Assembly (NCBI GenBank): GCA_001784155.1
Contig: MFPL01000006.1
Location: 87,280-151,279 of the forward strand
DNA: 64,000 nt
Reading direction: 5' to 3'
Origin: Candidatus Levybacteria bacterium RIFCSPLOWO2_12_FULL_41_12
GTDB taxonomy: Bacteria; Patescibacteriota; Microgenomatia; Levybacterales; UBA12049
In this document: positions 57,996-64,000 of the stretch, piece by piece
How the letters are laid out: every line of letters starts with the position of its first letter
How positions within the stretch are numbered: the first letter of the stretch is position 1
Notes under the pieces: model-generated
What the model was told of the DNA's origin: nothing
Databases searched by the model: none
The model's input: only the letters and a program-made list of their open reading frames with translations
Program-made: the position numbers and the translations under genes

Positions 57996-58442
57996 TTAGC
58001 CTATTGTTCTTTGTCCGAGGCTTTTTCTTAGAGCAGAATCTATAACTCTCTGGCCTACGGTTAAATCTTGCTTCGTTTGCTCAGACAGACCAAGCCTTGC
58101 AATCTGTCGAAATGTAAACCATCCGAAAAGACGCCCCTTGGATACTGTGAACTTTTTTTGCGTCTTCACCTCGCCATAAGTTATGGATTGATTTCTACCC
58201 TTTTGTGAATGAAAATATTCATAAACCGGATGTACGGAAGAAAGGCTAAGTCTGATATTCAATACTTCAAGAGCTATTCTTTTAAAAGCTATTTCAGAAG
58301 ACTCGTCCAATAAGCGCTTGCCTTCAAATAAGGTCCACTTTTGTTGGTCGCTAGGGTCAGTAGACTGTTGCAAGAGAATTTGCTGGGATCGTGGGTGATA
58401 AAGAAATCCGCTTGCATAAAAATCTTTATGCATCAAATACAT
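57996..58442 (-). CDS. NUDIX-like protein with degenerate Nudix box
   Basis: 148 aa. 'GKRLLDESSEIAFKRIALEVL' fits Gx5Ex7R but lacks the REuxEE residues. Confidence 0.35.
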   Translation of the reverse strand: MYLMHKDFYASGFLYHPRSQQILLQQSTDPSDQQKWTLFEGKRLLDESSEIAFKRIALEVLNIRLSLSSVHPVYEYFHSQKGRNQSITYGEVKTQKKFTVSKGRLFGWFTFRQIARLGLSEQTKQDLTVGQRVIDSALRKSLGQRTIG

Positions 58443-59175
58443 TATAGCAGATTCACGGACAAATTACTTATTGAAGATGACTTTTCCTAGGCGTACGATA
58501 AATAAAGGTAATGTCAGTTGCTAGGTCTGAATCGCTTACTTCTGGTGGAGTATCAGCCCAGGATTCTGGGTTTATTATAGTTCCCCTGTCTCCAGAAGCA
58601 GATCGCATGCCGATCCTAATGAGATATGCTCGTGGTGTTGATCTTGTAAGAAAACCAATAGATGGTTCAGTGGACAAAGGAACACTTGCGGGTCGAGAAT
58701 ATGAACATGAGTGTTTTGCCAACAGGGTAAGACTTATTCCTCCCGACCAATATGCTTTGGGTCCTGGTATAGTCGATGAAGCGTTTAGCATGTTGTGAAT
58801 TGGAATTCCAGATGAATTAGTATTGGACATAGGCCCAGAAAGCCTAACATTAGCTAGAATGGCAGAGTATAGAATTGGTAGAAGACACTCAGTCTCAAGG
58901 GTTAAGGATTTTTCTAGGCTCACTAGGTATTTGCGTAAGCACCCTGAAGCATTTTCCAATAATGGAGGAGAATTATTGGTGCTCTGCCTTTCCGCAGCAT
59001 GACTGTCCCTCCAAACAGGGATATAGTAGTTGAATTTGTTTCCCCTCGTGAATACAGCCCTATAGAGGAAGTTCGCGTAAAGGGCTTCCCTTTTAGAATG
59101 CGTTACTCGACAGTACCTCTTCCCCATACAGACACATAAGTTCTTCTATTCTTCTTCTGAGAACTTTAGGGTATT

Positions 59176-60126
59176 TTAGTTGAAATACTCGAAGACTTTT
59201 TCAGAGAACTTAGCAATCTTCTCGGCTGCAATAGTTGGATCTTTGGTCTTTGATAGTACAACTATAATATAGTCGTCTTTAGTACCAAAGACTATGCCTG
59301 CATCATGCTTGAATTCTCCGATCTCCCCTGTTTTATGAGCGACAGCCACACTTTCTGGTAAATATTTGGGAATTCTATCATTTAAAGACTGCCTTTTCAG
59401 AATATCAATCATGCGTTCTGAGAATTCTGAATCAACAACCTCTTTCTTGTAAAGCTTTTCAAAAAAAAGAGCAACGTCTCCTGCTGTTGTTTGAGGCGGT
59501 TGGCGGAAATTTGAATTTTTTAATCCGTATCCTTTAATAAAATTGACGATAGACGCTGTTCCTGAGCGGGACGCCACTAAGAGAGCGGCATAGTTGTCTG
59601 ATACTGTTATCATTTTTTCTATCGCAATGTCTGTTCTCATTGAAATTTCTTCAGATTCTCCCGGAGCTCCTGTTGGCTTAATTTCTCCTTCGAGAGTGGG
59701 TGTGGGAGTGGTGGTAGATAGAGCGTCGTTTAGGTATGAGACGGGAAGACTAAGTACTTCATTTTCATTTAAACTTCCGTCTTTTATTTTTTGAAAAGCT
59801 ACGGCCATCACCCAAAGCTTGTAAAGACTTGCAGAGTCAAATGTTTCATTTTCATTTTGCGCGTATAGCCCTCCTGATCTAAGATTTTTAACAACTACAG
59901 CGTAGTTATTTTCCTTTCCCAACTCCTCCTGCGCTATTTGTTTGATACCGCTATCCATGAAAGGAATGTCAATGTTCTCCACCAAGGGTGAGATGACTTT
60001 TGTTTGGATCTGAGACTTTGCAAATGTTGAAAGAAGCAGTGGAATTCCTATTAAAGGCAAAATAAGCCAGACAAATTTTAAAGGCATATGCTTTTGGATT
60101 CTATCATCAAACACGCGAGGAGCCAA
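59176..60126 (-). CDS. class A beta-lactamase-like serine hydrolase (membrane-anchored), paralogue of 23564..24427
   Basis: 316 aa. 'SLYK' (SxxK), 'SDNYAALLV' (SDN) and 'HKTGEIGEF' (KTG). Confidence 0.55.
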   Translation of the reverse strand: MAPRVFDDRIQKHMPLKFVWLILPLIGIPLLLSTFAKSQIQTKVISPLVENIDIPFMDSGIKQIAQEELGKENNYAVVVKNLRSGGLYAQNENETFDSASLYKLWVMAVAFQKIKDGSLNENEVLSLPVSYLNDALSTTTPTPTLEGEIKPTGAPGESEEISMRTDIAIEKMITVSDNYAALLVASRSGTASIVNFIKGYGLKNSNFRQPPQTTAGDVALFFEKLYKKEVVDSEFSERMIDILKRQSLNDRIPKYLPESVAVAHKTGEIGEFKHDAGIVFGTKDDYIIVVLSKTKDPTIAAEKIAKFSEKVFEYFN

Positions 60127-60168
60127 CGGGTAGTGGAGAAGTGTTTGTGAAAGCTCTACATAAACGCA

Positions 60169-60471
60169 TTGACTTTTAACAGAAGTAGAGTGAATACTTG
60201 TTCTATGTTGGAGATTCCGTTAGGGATCGATCCAGACAAGTGTTTAATTCCTCCTGCTTCAATTGCAGATTTGACTCCTAGGGCTCAAGACGATATTGAC
60301 CTTTCTCAAGCAACCCCAAACCCAGACATACTTGCACTAAGAGGATCCTTAGTAGGAGAAAAACCGCCAGGCTACCTTTCGGAAGGGGATTGGATTGTTC
60401 TAAAAAATAACTCAAAACCATTTAATGGTGAGCCGATCCACAATCCTCACGATTGTCCTCGGTGTGGCTGA
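60169..60471 (+). CDS. hypothetical protein
   Basis: 100 aa with a C-terminal 'CPRCG'. No family recognised. Confidence 0.3.
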   Translation: MTFNRSRVNTCSMLEIPLGIDPDKCLIPPASIADLTPRAQDDIDLSQATPNPDILALRGSLVGEKPPGYLSEGDWIVLKNNSKPFNGEPIHNPHDCPRCG

Positions 60472-60521
60472 TAGGAATTTTACTTTTCCTTGACTTTTGA
60501 TTCCTCTAGTTTTATTATCAT

Positions 60522-61031
60522 TTGACTATGAACCTCGCTTCGGTTTTAAATTTTTTTCAAGTTAAAATCGCGTATGCGCATTGTGATATACCGTGCGGAA
60601 TTTATGATCCTCACAATGCACAATTGGCTGCGCATACTATAATAAGAATGACCCAACTTCTGGGCGAAGTAAAACCCGTTCGGCAGGCTCAGGGCAAGCG
60701 AGAGGATGAGACAAAAGCGGAGCATGACATAGCACGAATCACGCACGTTAAGGAAGAACACGCAAGTCTTCTTGAGAATGAATTAACTACGCTTCAAAAC
60801 GATTACTTTAAAGAGGAGCATATAAAAGAATATCCAAGTCTCCCTGAGCTTTTCAAAAATGCATCAAGGCTCGGTGCCAAGGCGAGGCAGGGAATAGATA
60901 CGGATTCAGCTCAGAAACTTCTCTTAGTGGTTCAAGATATCGCCGAGATATTTTTTAAAACAAAAGGAGTTATTCCTGTACGGGTAAAGTCAGTCTATCC
61001 GACTGGAGGAGAAATAGTAACCTACAAGTAA
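60522..61031 (+). CDS. sodN: nickel-containing superoxide dismutase precursor
   Basis: Propeptide, then the 'HCDIPCGIYDP' Ni-hook (compare Streptomyces HCDLPCGVYDP). Downstream 'YFKEEHIKEYPSLPEL' and 'IFFKTKG' parallel Ni-SOD. A SodX-like peptidase gene lies immediately downstream. Confidence 0.8.
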   Translation: MTMNLASVLNFFQVKIAYAHCDIPCGIYDPHNAQLAAHTIIRMTQLLGEVKPVRQAQGKREDETKAEHDIARITHVKEEHASLLENELTTLQNDYFKEEHIKEYPSLPELFKNASRLGAKARQGIDTDSAQKLLLVVQDIAEIFFKTKGVIPVRVKSVYPTGGEIVTYK

Positions 61032-61306
61032 TGCTTCTATCCGTTTTTAAGGTAAAAGGCCACAGCATGGAGCCTTTTATAAAAGAAGGCTCCCTTTTAA
61101 TAACTAGCAGTATCCCCTTTTATATAATTAAACCTAGGGAAAAAGATATTATTTTATTTAAATCTCAAGGGAAAACAATTGTTAAGAGAATAGTTGGTAA
61201 AGAAAAAAACACATATTTCGTTGAGGGCGACAATAAATCTGACAGTAAAAAGTTTGGCGCTGTATCAAGATCAGATATACTAGGGAGAGTAGTTTTAAAG
61301 ATCTGA
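61031..61306 (+). CDS. sodX: S26-family signal-peptidase-like Ni-SOD maturation protease
   Basis: 91 aa. 'KGHSMEP' (compare GDSMxP) and the conserved sodN-sodX adjacency. Confidence 0.6.
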   Translation: MLLSVFKVKGHSMEPFIKEGSLLITSSIPFYIIKPREKDIILFKSQGKTIVKRIVGKEKNTYFVEGDNKSDSKKFGAVSRSDILGRVVLKI

Positions 61307-61822
61307 ATGTTATTAAATTTATTTATAGTCCTTGTTATAATTTTCCTTGTATTCCTTCTTTCTATGGTTTGGCCGCCTGATTCGCCATGGTCACCATGGT
61401 GGAGAACAAGTAATAAGGTGGCACGCAGGGCATTTAAACTAGCCAATCTTACAGAGAAAGATATTGTTTTTGAACTGGGATCAGGCGAAGGGCTGGCATT
61501 AATGATCGCTTCTGAAGAATTTGGTGCACGAGGTGTGGGAATTGAAATAGATCCGATAAGGTTTTACCTTTCACGATTATTGGTCTGGAGAAAAGGATTA
61601 ACGGATAAGATAAAACTTAAGCGGGGGAATTTTTTCAAACATGATATTTCAGAAGCCTCAGTAGTTTTTGTTTACTTAGTCCCTAAGGCCCTAGACAGGC
61701 TTATCCCCAAATTTCAAAGAGAGCTAAAGAAGGGCACAAGAATAGTGAGCTATAAGTATGAAATGGATTTACCGCTTCTTAAGGAAGATAAAGAATACGG
61801 GTTAAGACTTTATACCACCTGA
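61307..61822 (+). CDS. membrane-anchored class I SAM-dependent methyltransferase
   Basis: N-terminal TM helix. Motif I 'VFELGSGEGL'. Confidence 0.55.
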   Translation: MLLNLFIVLVIIFLVFLLSMVWPPDSPWSPWWRTSNKVARRAFKLANLTEKDIVFELGSGEGLALMIASEEFGARGVGIEIDPIRFYLSRLLVWRKGLTDKIKLKRGNFFKHDISEASVVFVYLVPKALDRLIPKFQRELKKGTRIVSYKYEMDLPLLKEDKEYGLRLYTT

Positions 61823-62842
61823 TTTTCTGAGCTTTAGATATGTCCACCTTGCTTTATCAGCTAGCCTCAAAGTTTTATAAATTAAAGGATTTATAACTAA
61901 ATCAAAACTGCCCGCAAATTCTATCAGATCTGGTCCGTACCCCTGCTTAAATCTGTGAAATCCGTACCACGGATCTTTTGGATCTGGAGTTGCGCCTAAA
62001 GATCCCCACATGTCAAGCTTTTTAAGCCCGAGGTTTTTGCCAAATCTTATTGCCTCCCACATCATTAAGTTTGACGCCATTACTTCACGGTTTTCTGAAG
62101 AGGATGCGCCGTAAGGATAATAAAGGGTGTCCTTAAAAGAGAAAAGGATCCAAGAAGCCAGCGTTTTCTGCTCGTACAATGCAGTTAACAAATGCGCCTG
62201 AAGTTTTTCTGGATCAAACCCTGAAGCTTTAAGAGTCTGCCACATTTTCGTGTGGTAGTCTTTATCATGCGCATAGAATCCTTTACGCTTTGTTGTTTCA
62301 CTTGCAAGTCTTAAATATTCTTTGAACGCATTCTCGCTATCGTCTTTTATAACTCTAACCCCATATTTCTGCGCAACTTTAATGTTATATCTGGTTTTAT
62401 GATGCATGCCTTTTAAGAGTTCTTCTTCTGATAGGGTGAGGTCCAGGACAAAAGTATATTTAGTAAATAGAGGATGAAAGCTGGGCTTAAGGCCCAAATT
62501 TCCAATTTTCCCCGCTTCGCCCAAGCTTCGCGGGGCGAGCAATTTCCAATTTCCAATTTCGACATTAGGCTCAAGCTGTATGTATGCGCAATTTTCTTCT
62601 TTTCCGATTTCTTTAAGTTTTGACAAAAGATTTTCATTCGGGGCTTCTCCTTTGGGAAGATAGCCGATACCGGTCTTAAAAAATGGAACTTTGTGAATTG
62701 TGAGTTGAAATGCTTGATTGCCAATAGTTTCCCTTACCACTTTTATTCCCGTTTTTTCCCGGAACTCACCCCATTCGTATGCTTGAAGTGGATGAGACAC
62801 GAAGGAGTTAAACGCCATTCTATCTATTTTTTCATCAATCAT
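61802..62842 (-). CDS. FemAB-family peptidoglycan peptidyl-transferase-like protein
   Basis: 346 aa. The C-terminal 'TLYYPYGASSSENREVMASNLMMWEAIRFGKNLGLKKLDMWG' matches the FemAB pattern. Contains an in-frame repeat insertion at 62496-62561. Confidence 0.55.
   Translation of the reverse strand: MIDEKIDRMAFNSFVSHPLQAYEWGEFREKTGIKVVRETIGNQAFQLTIHKVPFFKTGIGYLPKGEAPNENLLSKLKEIGKEENCAYIQLEPNVEIGNWKLLAPRSLGEAGKIGNLGLKPSFHPLFTKYTFVLDLTLSEEELLKGMHHKTRYNIKVAQKYGVRVIKDDSENAFKEYLRLASETTKRKGFYAHDKDYHTKMWQTLKASGFDPEKLQAHLLTALYEQKTLASWILFSFKDTLYYPYGASSSENREVMASNLMMWEAIRFGKNLGLKKLDMWGSLGATPDPKDPWYGFHRFKQGYGPDLIEFAGSFDLVINPLIYKTLRLADKARWTYLKLRKSGGIKS
62496..62561. repeat. palindromic GC-rich element flanked by (AATTTCC)n heptamer repeats, inserted in-frame in the FemAB-like gene
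   Basis: 'aaatttccaatttt-CCCCGCttcgcccaagcttcGCGGGGcgagc-aatttccaatttccaatttcg'. Local GC is far above that of the surrounding gene. Confidence 0.8.
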
Positions 62843-64000
62843 AGATATTCGGGCACATCATCCGTATTATATACTTTTCCCGAGATCAGCTCTTTCGGCA
62901 AGTCCATTAAAAATCGCGAGGCAGTATTTGAAGATGTCATACCCTGGAAGAGTCTTTTTCTAGCATAGGTTAGAAAAAGTTTTTCTTTTGCGCGCGTTAT
63001 GCCCACATAACACAGCCTTCTTTCCTCTTCAAGCTCATTTCTGTCTAGTAGCGATCGGGAATGTGGGAAAAGTCCCTCTTCCATACCAACTATAAAAACT
63101 ACAGGAAATTCAAGGCCTTTTGAGGCATGCAGGGTCATTAGGGTTACAGCGTCTTTTTTCCCATACCTCTTGTTGGGATGGTCTGGCATATATTCTTGTT
63201 CAACTAGAGCAATGTTTTCTAGGAATTGGTCCAGGCTTGGAAACTCAATTGCAACAGAGCGAAGTTCTTTTATGTTCTCAAGTCTTTGTCTGTCATCCTC
63301 GTCTTTTTCATCGAAAAGTGATAGGTATTCTGTTTTCTCAAGAGTTTTATCTAGAATTTCTATGGTAGGTAAATCGTTAGACAAACTATCTTTAACATCA
63401 AGGAATTTCTTAAGTCTTCCTTTACCAATTTTCTCAATCCTTTTGTAAGAAACTCCATCCTTCTCGTTGGCAAAAAACCTAAGGTATGACAAAACATCTT
63501 TAATTTCTTTTCTCTCGTAGAATCTTGTTCCACCCACTAAAACATAGGGCACTCCATGATGAAGAAATACTTCTTCAAGGACGCGTGATTGGGCGTTTGT
63601 TCTGTATAGTACAGCTACGTCTGAAAGGTGCAGCCCCATTCCGATAATTGTCTGTAAAATAAATTCTCCTTCATTGTGTTCGTTTCTCGCCTCATAAAGA
63701 ACTATCTCATCGCCTTTTTTGTTTTCGGTCCATAACTTTAAAACAGGGTGTCCGGTATTTTTGGAAATAACTGAAAATGCAGCATCGAGTATGCTTTGAG
63801 TTGAACGATAGTTCTGAGACAGATGAAAAGTTCTCACATCCCTAAAGTCTTCCTTAAAAGTAATGAGGTTTTGAAAATTTGCTCCGCGGAAGCCATAAAT
63901 GCTTTGGGAAAAATCTCCCACGACACAAATATTTTTCCACTTCTTAGATAGAATTTTTGTAAGAACATACTGTGCATGATTAGTGTCCTGGTATTCATCT
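62839..64000 (-). CDS. UvrD/PcrA-family DNA helicase (partial, N-terminus beyond window end)
   Basis: The frame continues upstream of the annotated Met. Translating 63922-64000 gives 'DEYQDTNHAQY', which is helicase motif III. The C-terminal helicase domains are present. Confidence 0.8.
   Translation of the reverse strand, partial: DEYQDTNHAQYVLTKILSKKWKNICVVGDFSQSIYGFRGANFQNLITFKEDFRDVRTFHLSQNYRSTQSILDAAFSVISKNTGHPVLKLWTENKKGDEIVLYEARNEHNEGEFILQTIIGMGLHLSDVAVLYRTNAQSRVLEEVFLHHGVPYVLVGGTRFYERKEIKDVLSYLRFFANEKDGVSYKRIEKIGKGRLKKFLDVKDSLSNDLPTIEILDKTLEKTEYLSLFDEKDEDDRQRLENIKELRSVAIEFPSLDQFLENIALVEQEYMPDHPNKRYGKKDAVTLMTLHASKGLEFPVVFIVGMEEGLFPHSRSLLDRNELEEERRLCYVGITRAKEKLFLTYARKRLFQGMTSSNTASRFLMDLPKELISGKVYNTDDVPEYL

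Noticed and set aside
58468-59127. 219-aa minus-strand and 95-aa plus-strand ORFs treated as genuine CDSs
   Set aside because: Their amino-acid composition (Ser/Pro/Gly-rich, Lys-poor) is unlike the rest of the proteome. Both strands are open, which is typical of a GC-rich non-coding or decaying region. They are kept as a finding rather than a feature.
58443-59175. RNase P RNA or tmRNA in the GC-rich segment
   Set aside because: A manual search found no GGAAAGUCCGG/ACAGAA(N)CCGGCUUA (RNase P) and no GGGGCUGAUUCUGGAUUCGAC / T-arm GGUUCGAAUCC (tmRNA) on either strand. It is left as an unidentified candidate that needs cmscan.

Overview
This 64 kb window reads as a low-GC, compact, gene-dense bacterial chromosome segment. 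Its gene content fits a Candidate Phyla Radiation / Patescibacteria-type organism: a short ValRS, a Gram-positive-type VirB4, a DUF4012-like envelope protein, a Jag/YidC cluster and many leaderless genes. That placement is an inference from gene content only.

Ordered contents:
(i) A four-helix-bundle 'rRNA-IVS' protein and a type IV secretion-like module (VirB4 ATPase plus accessory and envelope proteins).
(ii) The replication-origin neighbourhood: dnaN and dnaA on the minus strand with DnaA boxes, and a divergent rpmH-rnpA-yidD-yidC-jag cluster.
(iii) Housekeeping genes: RNase HI, valS, rplY, ruvCAB, a P-type ATPase, comM, purA/purB, dnaG, rpoD, and large polytopic envelope proteins.
(iv) A tRNA-Asn(GUU) with a large serine recombinase gene abutting it, heading an integrative island of about 10.6 kb. 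All island genes are co-oriented on the minus strand: Type III R-M (mod and res), an Xis-like HTH, a block of uncharacterised cargo genes (PD-(D/E)xK-like, a 381-aa protein, a SpoVG-like protein, a 468-aa acidic protein) and a Panacea-domain antitoxin with a small partner ORF. The island ends at a degenerate copy of the tRNA 3' end. Paralogous GIY-YIG genes sit outside both ends.
(v) A stretch of small cassette-like genes (GIY-YIG, two hypotheticals, cspA), separated by repeated tRNA-3'-end-like motifs and a 60-nt repeat. TATAAT boxes a few nt before the start codon recur across (v) and (vi).
(vi) A SET-domain protein, a membrane-anchored GH18, a PRTase, a HAD hydrolase, a GC-elevated region of uncertain nature, a Ni-superoxide dismutase with its SodX maturation peptidase, a FemAB-like gene carrying an in-frame palindromic repeat insertion, and a partial uvrD/pcrA.

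No rRNA genes and no CRISPR array were seen.
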